A stretch of DNA of 64,000 nucleotides from Eutreptiella sp. 'Long Island Sound 2002' (taxonomy: Eukaryota; Protista; Euglenida), in NCBI GenBank assembly GCA_964036045.1, contig OZ038378.1, positions 38,006,001 through 38,070,000 on the forward strand. The letters are read 5' to 3'. Under the pieces are notes generated by a model that was not told the origin of the DNA, did no database searches, and was given only the letters and a program-made list of their open reading frames with translations. Below are positions 12,711 through 26,489 of this stretch, piece by piece. Both the position numbers and the translations under genes were made by a program. Numbering within the stretch: position 1 is the first letter of the stretch; each line of letters begins with the position of its first letter.

Positions 12711-15700
12711 GCGCCTACACACATTCACGAATCCACATACGCACACAAACCTAGGCAACCAGAAACCAAAGAATGCAATCACACACTCACAGTGACGCAC
12801 AAGGACACCTTCACCCACGCATCGATTTAAGCAAGCCCCCCGATTCACACACAAACATACATACAAACACACTAAATGAGAGAAACCAAGAGGGAACAAA
12901 CCATCCACACTTGCGCACATGCGCATCGGCACAAGCACACAACCACGAACACACACAATCGCGCAACATACGTGCAAAGGTCATCGTCATTGCCGCCACC
13001 ATCATGCACTCGATGCCATGGCCAACAAATAGGGAAGGCATGGCAAGGGCAAGGCAAGGGGGCGCGACGGGCAAGATAAGAGAAGGGGTTCGCATGGGAG
13101 CAAGCGGGGGGATGAGGCATGGCAAAAGGGGACGGGAGGGATAAGGAGGGAGGGGAATGAGTGTGTCATGGTGTAGGTCAAGATGGTTGTATGATGAACC
13201 TCACAAAAGCGAGCAATATCCTCTGTGCCCTATTTGCGCTTCATGGCGCGCGCCCCCGTGTGTGTGTGTGTGGGGGGGGGGGGGTGCCCTTGTCATGGGG
13301 CAACAAGGAACACCCTCGCAAATGGCTAGGTTCATATCCCCGAACCCCAACTCCGTAGCCACCTATCCCTAGCCCTTCACTTCACATGGTTCAATGTGGC
13401 CATGTGTTTATGTACACGCAAGACAATTGCACACAAGAATGAATGTGGTTGTCAATTTGTGCATGTGCATGTGTGTGTGGACGTGTGTATGGGTGTATGG
13501 GTGTGTATGTGTTTGGATATTTGTGTCCTTGACGAAGTGTGTGTGTTTGGATGTTTGTGTGTTTGCCGCCACGGGTACATGTATGCAAGTATGTATGTGT
13601 GCATGCACGCTCCAGTTCTTGGAGAAAAGACATGGTGAGAACTGCGGACCAATGTTGGTGTGAGAAGGGTGAATTGTGGGCCAGCAAGGGTGGGAAGAGA
13701 GGGCGGAAAGGGGGAGAAACTCCTGAGTGAGCCTTGAGTGAGCCCCTAATGAGCTCTCAGTGAGCGCTCAGTGAGTGCTCAGTGAGCCATTTGGCGCGCT
13801 CAGTGAGAGCTAAGTGAGAGCTAAGTGAGAGCTAAGTGAGCCGGCTCCGTGACGGCTCAGTGACGGCTCAGATCGGGTGGTCAGTCAACTGAGCCGTCGA
13901 AAAAAAGAAAACCCCCCAGTCGAATCCTCTTGCACTAGGGATTGGGATCCCTTTGGGGACATTCCAAAACCCCAATTCACCCCCGAAAGCCACAAGTTTT
14001 CACATGAACCCCCTTGAAAAACACCGCTTAGCCCCAAATGAGCCGTTTTAGCCCCAACTGAGCCCCAACTTCACTCTTCGAAGTGAGCCGCAAGGACAAT
14101 ATTGTATGGATTTTTGCTTTGTTGGATTTGTTGTCCTTCGGAAGGTTGAAGTATTTTATGTTTGTTGGCCGGATGGCTATGTGCGTGGAAGATTTGTAGT
14201 TTGCCATTGCTGTGGTTCTTTGTCTGCTTCTTTTCCATCCACTTGCAGACCACGTCCCTTTTGTTTTTCGTCGTACCTTCTCTATTGTTGACTACATTGT
14301 TTGGTTATGCATGCGGCATCCTTTGTGCAATTTTTGGGTCAGGAGGCGTACAGTGGCAAGGAGTCGTTTGTGGATGCCGTTTGCTCTGGCTGTTAGTGTG
14401 CCAAGTTTTTTTTTCATTTGTCCATGCTTCAGATTCACCACACTAGACACTTTGTCAAGGACGCTTGTAATCAACATGCCCTACACTGTAGTGGTAAACG
14501 GATTGCTCGGGGGTTTGGGCCTATTAATGAGGAGTGTTATGATATATCATGCTTGCTGTTTTTGCCACTTGTTGTGATGAGGGCTCACACAAGGATAATC
14601 GCAAGTTGGTGGCCAAAGCCCCATTGGCCCGCCGATTGCCCTCTATTTGGACGCGAGCACATCATGCTACATGCTCGTTGTGGTACTTAATGAAGGGAGC
14701 CATACTTCTTGTATGATTGGATGCCCGCTATTGCCGTTTTTTCGCCCCGGCCCCACATGACACTAATATATGTTTCAATTGCACTATCCGTGTTCTTGCT
14801 CTGAATTGAATACATGTAGGGGCTTGCCAAGGCCGAAACACTACCAGCATCCACAGTAGTCGTTCCTAGGCTTTGACGCATATGCATAGTGATTTGTTGC
14901 GTAGCATGGATACACAGCAATGAGGTAATGTCCCATGACAAACCATACATTGTCCATCAGGTATGTGCCGCACCGCTGTGCACAGTACACCTTGTCACCC
15001 TTATATGTTATCCAAGTTGCAAAGCGGCACTTAGCTAGACCTGCTTGCGTTGGTTATTGCTTTTGCGGAGGCATAAGATCATCGGGGATTTGTGTTCTCT
15101 TTGTTAGAGGATAATAAGACGCCTTGTATTATGATCAAGTGGTGATACACATCGTGCTATCTCGTGTTCCAGATACATCATCCGCCATGAAGAAGTCCCC
15201 CCGTGTTGCAGATAATGCACCCCTACAAATTCACGGCCACATACTGTCTTTTTTTTCCACCGCAGATTTTCCCGAGCAATGGTGTCCTTCCTCTTAAAAA
15301 GCCTATGTATACTCTTTCAAAGTTCATTTTTTATGTAGCGTATATTCACCTCATTTTTTCCAGCTGAGTCCACATACAAGCATATGAGGAACGGGTAAAA
15401 TAATATTTGGCTGCTTTGCATGTAGGCCACCACCCGAGGTTGCTTGCATCCACGGAGGCTAATCGCTTGTTGGGCCAGGCACGTGCCCTATACCCCTCTC
15501 TATACGAATATGCACAATTCGTTTGTTAACTGCACACCGTGTGCGTGGCTGCGCAGAGAAACCATGCTCTGGGAAAATAACAAGCGAAGTAGTATGCCGT
15601 CACTGTGTGCTTGGCCGTATTATTTAGAATGCCTGCTAGTGCTAGCAACGGCCTCGTTTTGTGGGATACTTCGGGTACTTGGAGCCCACGATGACCACAG

Positions 15701-16177
15701 AAAATGAAGATACTTTGACTCGAACGGCATGCCCCGTTTTTAGAAAGCAATTGCGTCACCACTCCGGCTCATGCATGAGGGTTTCTATCTCTTGCTTGGG
15801 CCCATATTATACCAATGAAAACATGACACTCCCGCCCCCCAACCCCCAAAGGTGGTGACGCAAGATGTAGTGCCACTTCTTGTATGGCACCTTTTTTTTG
15901 TTTTTTTGGTAGGCCACCGCACCCACCCCCGCCCTTTCCCCTGAAATTGGAATCCGTGGAGTCCCGGCGGCGCGACTAAGCCCTGGGATGCCAAAGGGCA
16001 TGAGCGATGCACATATTCAGGTGGCCTGTCCAGGGCATGGTCGATAGTCGCTTTTGTTCTTTGAAACAGTTTTTTTTTCGCCCAGCTTTTTTTTTTCCAT
16101 GAACAAAGTAGCCAGAAAATGTGTCCCTCTAATGGCCCCCATCTCATTTCTTCGGGTTGTTTGTAGTGTGCCATTCA

Positions 16178-18450
16178 ATGTCTGAAATAGCGGGTCCGGA
16201 TTTGCGCATGCCGCAAGAGCCTCACTTTGAAGATACGGGTCCGGGCCCTTCTGAAGCGCCGGAACAGCAATCACCATCCACGGGCCCGCATGGGAATGGG
16301 CCATGTCGTCCTCAAAAGCGCCTAAAGCCCCTCACGCCCCTCATTGTGCCGCGTTCGGCATCTGCAAGTAGTTGAAGGTAGTCACCTCCTTGTGCTTTTC
16401 TCCTCATGCCGTACAATGTGTGGACACATGCTTCATGGTTTCTTTGACTGGTTCGTACCTTGTTGGAGTCTGTGGTTGGTCGGCGCATATGAAGTTTAAT
16501 CATATCACGTATTACAACCTTGTGTACTGATGGTCAACTTGTGTTGTGCACGCCGGGTTTTTTGCGGTCCGGGAATGGGGGTTCTTGGACCACTGTGTTG
16601 CTCTTGGTCCACACAGAGTCCCATGGCTTCCCCTATCGATCATGAGAAGCATCTCCCCTTCCTTGACGAGGGTTGGTCGTACCAATCTTTGAATACGGAG
16701 ATTTTCAAGAGGACCCATGGGCCTTGGATTCTGAGAAACTCTTGGCACACCTCGCTCAGCCGGAGTCTTGCACACCACCGTCCAAACCACCGCTTCTTGC
16801 TGACCCCCCTACCCACGGCTTCTTCTCCCGCCTTCAGCCCCCAATGCACACCACACACCCCGTACCAACCCTCCGTGAACAGCCCTACACCACACATCCG
16901 ACCCCCTATGGTTGTACCTTAGACCCCCCGACCCCTTCCCGCTAGTCTCCGCAAGATCCCGTCTCCTCATGGACCAAACACCTCCTTAACACCATCGAAC
17001 CATCAATTATGCACGACGTTCTGAACATGGGGGTTATGCGCTACCAATTTGTGGTGGAGCGTCGAGGGTCTCTCCAACTGTACCTCCGAGGGGAGCGTGT
17101 TAGCCGGAGCCATTTTATTGAGCTCAGCCCGGAAACGGCAGTGGTTAATGCCATTGCCATAGACCCCAATTGCCCTCCAGCCCGTCCACCCCTGATCGGA
17201 AAACCGGCAGGACAAGATGTAGCAGTGCACTTCAAGGCCATACCTAGCCAACCCACGCTGGGCGCACTTCTTGAGCGTCACCGTACCTCGCTCCTCCCCA
17301 TGCGGCCAACTATTACCCCCCACACTGAAAAACGTGCAAAACTTGCCCGTACCCTGGTGAGGCGGCAGGTGTCTCAAAAGGCGGATGTGCGCACGCTTAT
17401 AAGGATGGCTCGTGGTGACTCAACCCCTCCCAAATGCATCCATCCCAAACACCAAATAGCCAGTGGTCGACCCCAAGGACATCTATAGTTCCCGAACCGT
17501 TGGCAACAATATTCGGCATATCCAACCCCAGGGCCTCACGGACCGCCAGTCCAATACCGGAGAACATATGTTCGTCTTTAGGTCTGTTGTTTGTACTGCT
17601 CCTTGTGGCAATGAGTCATGGAAATGTCGTTGTTTGCAGTGTAGTCAGCACTCACGTTGTTGATGAGCAGGATCCAAGTAGTACCGGGATTCAGCCCCAG
17701 TTGCAGCGGAAACTCGCGTGACACTGCGTTGTGCACTGTGAGCAAAGTTGCATCGAACCCAACATATTCAATAGCGGCCTGAAACACGCATTCCCCACAC
17801 AATACCAGTTAAACACTCGCAACACACTCTTCTATACCCTTATATGCAAAAGATTCAACATAAACAATAAATTAACCATGGCCTGCATCGGTGCCTACAC
17901 GCACAATGTTCTCGAAAAGTTGCGGTGATGTACAAAAGTGGCTGAGACAGTGGGCGGGTGCCCAGAGGCACCCTTATCGGAGGTCGGAAATGGGAGGTGT
18001 CCTCAAAGGTGCACTCAGCAACCATCTCATTGGTATATTTCAGGGTAGGCACGATGGTCTTGTCTTTGTTCGAGTACCGCTTCGGGGAAAGCGGACGTTT
18101 TCACTAACGGCAACCTCATCAGTGCAAAACATATCGCAGCCTCCCTCATTCTGGGTCTCTTTCTGCAGCTGGCCCTTCTCTGCTTGTCACTCTCCCTCAT
18201 TGACATCCACCACATCCAGTCCCCCCTGGGCCATGTCTGGAATATGCAAGCAAACAATCTTAGCACGGGTGGGTGACAACACACTGGCAGCAAGCTGATG
18301 GGACAATGCGTCGTTAATCAACACGAAACGGTTGGCGAGACAGCATACTTGAACGTTGCCATCGCTGTGTTTCCGGCCGCACATCGGATACCTCTCAATG
18401 CATGCATGGGCGCAATTACGGATGACAACAGGAATGTATACCCAGGCTAG
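16178..18450 (+). pseudogene. Decayed coding region of unknown function, probably TE-derived
   Basis: Chain of same-strand protein-like frames (MSEIAGPDLRMPQEP..., EDPWALDSEKLLAHL..., 17009-17488 MHDVLNMGVMRYQFVVERRG...) broken by stops and frameshifts. No family recognised. Confidence 0.3.
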
Positions 18451-19139
18451 AGGTCTGCTTCCCCCCAGGGTCCCTCAGTTTGGAGATCTCCGTTTTTCGC
18501 GTGTGCTATTTTTAGTAACAAATGTTACTATTTTTAGTAAACATTTTTTGCTCATTTCTGGACATTCTGGGCACCTAGGGACCATCCGACCGGATGCTCA
18601 ACCTTTTTTTCGCAAGCCGGACGCGATGGCGACGTCCGCCCAAGCTTCTTCTTGCGAATGGAAGCCGGTTTGGAACGGGAAACCCGAAAAATATTTTATT
18701 CCGGGAAAAATGTTTTTTTTCCGAAATGGAAAAAAAGAAAGGAAAACAATTGCTGTTGTTTGTGTGTACGCTTGTCATGATGCAGTGTCATCTCCCTTTC
18801 ACGAGTACCAAAGTCTCCTGGACTTGATCCGATGCTCTCATGCCTCTTGGTGGAAGTGCTGGTCATGCAAGGGGTTGGTTGACGCCCCCAAGGGGAAGGT
18901 TTTTTGATGTGAGTGCGAATGCACAGTACGAGGCACGTGAGTTTCTATGGGGAGTGGCGTTTAAACTCCAACCGCGCCATGGACCAGCTGCTGCTCCCGT
19001 TCAGAAAAAGCAGCGGTCTGTTCTTTCCCTTTCGTGGCGGGGTCATAACGGCTTCCTTCATTGCGACGTCAGATGATCGATGTGCCAACGCCAAGTCATG
19101 CTCATGAACACCACAAGGGTTTATTCTTCACGCATTGCA

Positions 19140-20085
19140 CGCGGCACTGTGCCCACCATCCGGCCACTGAGCGCAATTGGAGTTTCCTTTATAAGAAAGC
19201 CCAAATCCCACACAGCACTAGTGCCTCTCCGGTGCAGACCATCCCGCCAATCGGCGCAATGGTTGTTTCATTAATCAGAAAGTCCAAATCCCACATAGCA
19301 CTAGTGTGTGCCCTGTGCGGACCATCCGGCCACTCAACGCAATCGTCGTTTCATTGATATGAAAGCCCAAATCCCATGAAGCACTACTGCCTCTGCTGTG
19401 CGGACCGTGCGGCCACTCAGCGCAATTGGTGTTTCATTGATGAGAGAGCCCAAATCCCACATAGCACCAATAAATGTGGAGTGCGGACCATCCGGCCACT
19501 CAGCGCCCTTGGTGTTTCATTAATAAGAAAGGCTAAATCCCGCATAGCACTAGTGCCTCCATTGTGCGAACCGTCCAGCCACTCAACGCCATTGGTGTTT
19601 CATTGATAAGAAAGCCCAAATCCCACATAGCAATAGTGCCTCTGCTGTGCAGACCATCCAATCACGAAGCTCAATTGGTGTTTCCTCAATAAGAAAGCCC
19701 AAATCACACACATCCATAGCGCCTCTACTCTGCACACCATCCGTCCACTCGGCGAAATCGTCGTTTCATTGATAAGAAAGCCCCAATCCCACATAGCACC
19801 AGTGTGTGAGCCGTGCGGACCATCCGACCACTCAGCGCAATCGTTGTTTCATTGATAAGAAAGCCCCAATCCCACAGACCACGAGTGCCTCTAATGCGCG
19901 CACCATCCGGCCTCTCGGCGCAATTGGTGTTTCTTTGGTAAGAAAGCCCAAATCCCACATAGCACTGGTGCCTCTATTGTGCGGACCATCCGGCCACTCG
20001 GCGCAATCAATGTGTCATTGATAACAAAGCCCGAATATCACATAGCACTAGTGCGTGGACTGTGCGGACCATCCGGCCACTCAGC
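19140..20085. repeat. 83-bp tandem satellite, ~11 units
   Basis: Unit approximately AAGAAAGCCCAAATCCCACATAGCACTAGTGCCTCT..GTGCGGACCATCCGGCCACTCAGCGCAATTGGTGTTTCATTGAT, recurring near 19193, 19277, 19360, 19443, 19526, 19608, 19691, 19774, 19857, 19940 and 20023. Confidence 0.9.
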
Positions 20086-21095
20086 AACCTATCCACCTCA
20101 TCATCTCTAAGATATGACCACACACCATGAACGGATGTTGGAGCTGCGGGGATTGGTGTACCATGTATGTGGTCCTATTGACCTCTCCTGGCTCCAAGTG
20201 TTTGCCTGCCTCTTGCCCAAGGTGGTGACAAGCGAATGGGTCGCCACGCATGGGTGGCTTTTCCCGATGGAACAGCACTAGTATGGAGGCTCTGCAGGCT
20301 TTACGACAAGACGCTCCGCGTGATGTGCGTGTAGCCCAGCGCGTGGTGCCCCCCCCCCCCCCCACACCTTCCCCCCACGCCCCGCAGGCGCCACAAGTTG
20401 CGGAACAACATGTGCTATTTTTGCGGCATCAGGCTCTTGCATCAGTTCGAGTACTCCGTGCACTGAACAGGCTACATCTTCGTTTTGGATGGACCCTCGA
20501 GCGCCTCCACGAGGCGGAGGATACTCGTCTACCCTCGTTTGACCGCTCCACCCAGAACACCTCCCTGCTGTCTCAGATTGGCGGCACCCTCTTTGGGACT
20601 AGCAGTCGCTGTGTGGGGTTGGGTTGCAACAAACCGCCGCCCCCGAATGGTGTGTTGTCCCTCGGTGTCTATGCCGATGGGTACAAACGCGAGGGCGGGG
20701 GAATGTAAACATCAAAGTGTGTGTGATTGATGCGGGGGGTTCACTTTTTCCCTTGAGGGCGCATGTTCCTCAATGTACGTTGCTGTTGACATGGAGGGAG
20801 ATCTTGAAAAACGGCTACGACCAATTGGTCCGACAAGGACGTCCAGATTATTGAATAAGCTTCAAAAGACCCTTTTTAGTCTTCTTGTGCAGTGCGGGGG
20901 CGGCATGCATAATGTGAGTGTATGGGTGGAATTGAGGTTTTTTTATCGCCAATCACATGTACCACCGGTGCCCAGCATAGAACATTGAAAGAGAGACCAA
21001 TATTGTCCGGTTACCGGTGGCAATTTTAGGAAATCTGTACCGACGTGCATGCGATATGCTTCGGTCCGTCGCTTGCAAGTTTTCGAAAACCCTTG

Positions 21096-21409
21096 GAAAG
21101 ATGCTCGGAAGTTTTGGCAGCCAGATCGGCCCTCAAAAACGGAACCGATATCGGTAGGAATGTTCCATGGGCTTCCCAGCCGACCGTGCCGGGGGAGCTC
21201 GGAAGAAATTTTTCAGCCCGAACCCAGTGGAATTTTGGTTGGATGCTTGGTGGAAAGATGCTCGGAAGTTTTGGCAGCCAGATCGGGTCCCAAAACGCAA
21301 CCAATATCGGTAGGAATGTTCCATGGGCTTCCCAGCCGACCGTGCCGGGGGAGCTCGGAAGAAATTTTTCAGCCCGAACCCAGTGGAATTTTGGTTTGAT
21401 GCTTGGTGC
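21096..21409. repeat. 157-bp tandem duplication (2 copies)
   Basis: GAAAGATGCTCGGAAGTTTTGGCAGCCAGATCGG... starts at both 21096 and 21253; the copies are near-identical. Confidence 0.9.
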
Positions 21410-21800
21410 CTACCTTGCCTGCAAGATGCCATGGAGAACAGCACGTTGAAGCTAATGTTTGTCTACCCTTTGTCTGCTTTGCCTACAAAACTGCATGGAG
21501 AACACGGTGCTCAAGCTTATGATTGCTTCCCCTTTGTGCTCCTTTGTGAATTTGGACTTTTGCTTTTGACATGTGCAACGCTAGTTTGATCCTTGGTGGA
21601 AGCTTTGCCTACAAACTTGCATCGAGAACACTGTACTCAAGCTTATGAATGTTTGCCCTTTGTGCCTTGTGATGCTTTGTGCCTGCTTTTGTGGTTTTCT
21701 TTTTGCATGTGTGTCGCTTTCTCACCTAGGCCCCTTTGAGTAGACTCACTAATGTATTCCCTTTTTGTGCTCAGAACACTTTTTGTCACCTGCAACAGAC

Positions 21801-24356
21801 ATGTCTGGTAGTCAAGGCAGTGCCGCTAGTGCCTCGTCTTCGTCCGCTCAGCCCCCCCAGCCCGTTCAGCAGCTCCCGGAACCGAATCTGGAGCTTGAGG
21901 GCGAGCTCATTGACGCGGACACAGCCAATACCGAAATTCCCGAACCGGGTGATACACAATCGCGCCTCCAACACGCCCTAGCAGCACTGTGCCTGCGGCA
22001 TAAGCCGTCAGAGACCATTGAACCCAGAATGATAAGGGTTTTTTTGGACAGGGTCGTCCCTGATGCATACCGCATCCAGCCCAAGGATACCTTGCTGGCT
22101 ATGCTTATGCATAAGCATTTTTCAATCCCTGTCTTGACGACACGGGAGGCTGTGGGCAACACAAGCCCCAGCAAACATGAGACCTCGTACGGTGTACAAT
22201 ACAGAAACCTCTGCATTGTTGGTCCGGATCCGAAATACAACACGGACCGGACCTTTGCAGAGGAATTTGACGAGAGGCTGCGTGTACATTACATGTACTT
22301 GAAATCAATACTGTCCACACACCCGGACAGTACCATTCGCGAGTTAAAGTGGACCCAGAGCGATGTAGTTACTTGGTTCAAAGAGGCCAAGATCAAGAAG
22401 CGGTCCAAAAAAGTAGTTACCTGCAACGTGCAGTTCCCCCCCCTCTCATTTATTCATGTTCCGTTCGAGGTTTCGAGGGTTATCATAAACGATGCCTTCT
22501 GCGAGTCCCCACATGCAACGGCTGGGACTTCCGAGATCAACCCTGCAATATGAGTCCCATTTGCTGAGCATGAATGCTGAGCATCCCCAAATATCCTGAA
22601 CAATATGCTCAGCATTTTCCTACCATTTTTTACCTTCTATGCTGTGCGTCCCAGCACCATGTGTTACCACCATTTGTGGTGGGAACGTGGGGGAAGGTGT
22701 TGTGTTGTGCGTCGGTGGCAGCGGCATGAGGGTGTCGGTGCCGTTTTCGGATGTGACCCCCACCCACTGCAGGTAGTGCGAAGAATGTTCCGTCGTGTTG
22801 AAGGTTTGGCTCGAGCATTTGTGAATCAGCCCATACTGCACAATTTGAAGGGAGGCTGAGCCGTGCATGCGGGGTAGTGGGGCGCATCCTCCTAGCCGAT
22901 AATGCCACTACGCTACATCCATATGTTTGTGTTGCCCCCCCCCCCCCCCCGCACAAGTTGGGGGACGTTCCGCAAGGCAGCAAGCATTACCGCAGCCTCC
23001 TGCGGCAGTGATTTCGCACAGGGAGGTTCTCTTCTTCCCCGTAAAGCGCGGGAATTTGAAGCCCTTGTGGCACAAGACTACATCCTCCCACTCCCTTTTC
23101 ATCTGCCGTCTTTGTCTTTCTGCCAATTGGTAGTCCTGCTGCATGCCTCGGATGTTGGCCTCCCCCCGTGGGTTTGGCAGGCGTGGGGGCAAAATACCTG
23201 TTTTCCTGCTCCATTTGGTCATTGAGTATGCTGAAAGTGGGTACACATCCACACTTTACTTCCATGGCCTTACACACGCATTTGGCCAACCACACTTGCC
23301 GATCCAATACGGCGATGAGGCTGGGAAGTGCAATCTGTATCTGGGCAAAACCTTTGGCACACTAACTGCCACTCGCCCTTAAGATAGCATCTGAGAAACA
23401 GTCACTCATGAACTATATATTAAGTTTGAGGCCCGTAAAAGTGGGCGGTCACAAGTACACTTGTGGAAGCGTGTCCGCCGGGCGTTGGTGTTGGAACAGT
23501 GTGTTCTCAGTGCCCGGCCTGAGTGGCGTGTCACCCCGGAGCACATTTTGCGGCCACTATTGGCTCTGCGAACCGTGAGGGTCCTTTGCGCCCCGCAGAT
23601 CCAATCGCTGCTACTGCAGCTTGGGGGTGAAGTGGATGCACATGACGTCTACTGCATTTGTGGACGTTGCGGGGTTGAACGTACTCTTCGGCGTGAGTGG
23701 GTGAAATTTCGGGTAGAAGTACTACAACGGTAGCTCATGTTTTCCTATGTTTCAGCTGGCTCCTTTGTGCCCAGCCGTCAGCGTAGGGCAGAGGCCAAGG
23801 CACATAGAAGGGCGAAGAGACTGGGCAGGGAGTGCACCATACCGGATGCTCATTAGGTGTTGGTTGACCTTGATCCTTTGCATGTGGACTCAACGGCAGC
23901 GTACCTGCCGCCCGGGCACATACCTAAGGCGGATGGCAGTGCCCGCCGCATTGTGCCAATGCGGTCAGCGAAGCTATATCGGCGCATTGTAGCTGATGCG
24001 GAGGATTCGTCAGAGCCTGCACGGCATCCCCTGCAAGACGCATGGGATTCCCCACGTGGAAGTGACAGTGTGTGGGAGAGTGGGAGTCGCAGTGGCAATG
24101 GGACTGGGAGTGGGAGTGCCAGTGATGTCTCCGAAGGTCACGCAACCAGCAGTGTTGTCACATTCAGCAGCTCCGACCTTGAGGGTGCCGCACGGCCTCC
24201 ACGGAAAAACTTTCGCACAACAGCCCCACGCACTTGACACAGCTTGACCCAGCGGCCAGCCCCTATCATCGTGGATGTTGAGGCCGCATGCAACTTAGCC
24301 TCGGTAACCCATTTGCTGAGTGAGGGGGACCTCTTCCCTACCGACACATAAGGTGC
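21801..24356 (+). pseudogene. Decayed transposase-like ORF, possibly Transib/RAG-related
   Basis: N-terminal ORF from ATG 21801 to 22553. Downstream fragments include ILLADNA, CLCC and PLPFHL, then LYFHGLTHAF...YGDEAGK (23254-23328), which recalls RAG1 YFHKTLAH...SEGNES. Many stops and frameshifts. Confidence 0.45.
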
Positions 24357-25399
24357 TTTGAAACACTAAGTAGCCGGCCTGGGTAGGAGGGGGGCTATGG
24401 TGGAACGGGGGCAGGCGGTGGGGGGACGGGACGGGGGGAAGCCGGTGTTCCGCGAGTCGGGTGAGGCATCGGGACTCTGTGATTGGCAGCTGCTGGCAAT
24501 GGTAGCCTGGGCGACTTCTCTTTGAGGTGTGGCGGAGCAATGTACATGAGTGCACTTCATATATGGGTGATGCAGGTGGGGGCGGTGGTGATTGGAGGGG
24601 CGGTAACACAATGTGAGAATTTGGCATTTTTTGACATACAAGGTGTTTTGGGGGCGGGGGTCATTGTATGATCATCCCTAGGTTTAGTGCACACCGCACA
24701 CCGGGGGGTGCGCACCCAAAATCGGCTCCAAATACGCTTCCCATGTCTGGACGCAATGCTTCCGATGAACTTGACCACAATTGGTTGCAGTGTCCCCACA
24801 CATTGGTTGAGGAACACGCTTCTAATGACAGAAGCATTGCTGCCGATGGGCGGAAGGATGACTAGAGCCGGTGCGGACGATGTTGCCAGCGAAACAAAAG
24901 GAATGACCGTCAGCAAGGGTTGGCATGGTGCCAAGCATTTCGGTCCCAAGAAAAAGTATTCCGTCCTGTGTGTGGGAGCCACATGTGCACACATGCCCAT
25001 GTCGCCCACGTGTATGCACATGTATGCACTTGTCACACATTTTAGAGCAGTACTGTGGAGTCTCCTAGAGTTGGGCTGAGGGGTTTGGATTAGAGCATAA
25101 AAATGGATACGTCACGACACCCCTCTCCCATTAAATCCTGCTAAGGAGTCACCAAGCAAACAAGCAATCAACCCCCAAAAAGAAGAATGGGCACTGCAAC
25201 GTCGCTCAAATCCGAAATGTAAGCGCACATAGTACACGTGCGACCCCCCACCTTTTGTCATCAAAATTGCCAAACGAGGCACGCCGACCCCCGTACCAAT
25301 GGTCACTTGGTGGACCAGCAGGGCAGCACGGGCCGCACATGGCTCGGGCCAATGGTGGGTCCACCAGGGTCACTGGCATGAAGAGATTTTCTCCAAAGT

Positions 25400-26060
25400 T
25401 GTTCCTAGTCCATTTGTGGTGCTCCAGCAAGCATTTTTTGTTATTTTTTTAAAGGCCGGAGTGAACCATTTTGGCTCATGGAAAATCCAAATATGCGTTT
25501 AAAATATGCCGTTTTCGGACCAAGCATGTGTCAAAAATGGATCAAAAACACGTTTTGCCAAAAGTAATCGTAGGGTACTTGGGATGCTCAAGCAAGTGGT
25601 TTCACCTTGTTTTGAGCCGGTGCTGACTCGTTTTGGTCCATGCAAAACATGGCAATGCCTTGAAAACCGGCTATTTTGGGGACAAGTATGGATTCCAAAT
25701 TGCTCCAAAATGGGTTTTTGCAAATTTCTTCGTGGACCATTTGCGGTGCACAAACAAGTAAAATGAGCGCAATTTGAGCCTATTGAGCCATTTGGGCCCC
25801 TTCAAGGCCCCCAAAAATATTGAAAAGGGGCCATTTTGTGGCCAAAAAAATGGTTGAAAATGGGTCACAAGCATGTGTCCACAAAATTCATCGTGGACCA
25901 TTTGGGGTGGTCAAGCAGGATAATTGCGCCCATCTGGATCCCATTTTCACCCAATTCGCCCCATTTCGCACCTCGATGCACCAAGTTGTTCACCTCTCGT
26001 GCTCCTCACAATTCCTCACAATGGGCTCATTTCACTTTTTTGTGCACCCCAAACTGGCCA
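25400..26060. repeat. Diverged copies of the 162-bp satellite family
   Basis: Contains CCATTTGCGGTGCACAAACAAGTAAAATGAGC and AAAAATGGATCAAAAACACGTTTT, matching the arrays at 40-46 kb. Confidence 0.7.
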
Positions 26061-26489
26061 AACCACCACTCCCCAAACACCCAGTCCTCAAAACTGGTGA
26101 CAAGAAAAGCTCCAAATGGCACTTCGAGTCCCATGACTCGTCGGGAGGAGCCATCGCCCCCCCCCCCCCCCCCCCAAGCCTCCCACGGCCATGAAGGCCA
26201 CCGCCGCCCCCAAGAGAACCCCCCCCAAAAGGGGGGGGGGATGCCGACGACCCCCTCGTCGGCACCAAAGCCAGAGCCCCGCACCCCACGGGCGCGGAGG
26301 CGGGCACCCTCACCGGTGTCCACCGGAGGAAACCGGATCGTCTAGGTGGAATTTCCGGACAACCCCGAGCTGTACGAGGTGGGCCATGGCATCCTCTTCC
26401 CCATCCTCCAAGGTGTCAAAGAACACTTGCACTGTGTTCGCAAGGGCAAGGAGAAAGCCACCCCCCCCCCCCCCCACCCAGCCTTTAGG

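Larger units (their letters stand above)
9201..13916. mobile_element. Giant foldback / palindromic element (arms ~9201-11390 and ~11480-13916)
   Basis: 9230-9400 is the reverse complement of 13720-13895, 9390-9900 of ~13210-13720, and 11336-11390 of 11481-11529. The same spurious ORFs appear on opposite strands. Arms differ by substitutions and indels. No transposase inside. Confidence 0.85.

Noticed and set aside
9390-13730. Numerous ORFs rich in V/C/H/T/W (e.g. 10653-10985, 12180-12830)
   Set aside because: They are translations of CA/GT, GTGTGG and 7-mer repeats, and they are mirrored on the opposite strand by the palindrome.
9201-13916. Palindrome as a long-read fold-back chimera
   Set aside because: The arms differ by many substitutions, microsatellite lengths and a ~260-bp insertion, which a chimeric read would not produce. 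Spanning reads were not checked.
14400-15800. Possible decayed gene right of the foldback
   Set aside because: Only short frames and no family motif; insufficient support.
19140-20085. CRISPR array
   Set aside because: The whole 83-bp unit is repeated, with no unique spacers and no cas genes, in a eukaryotic context.
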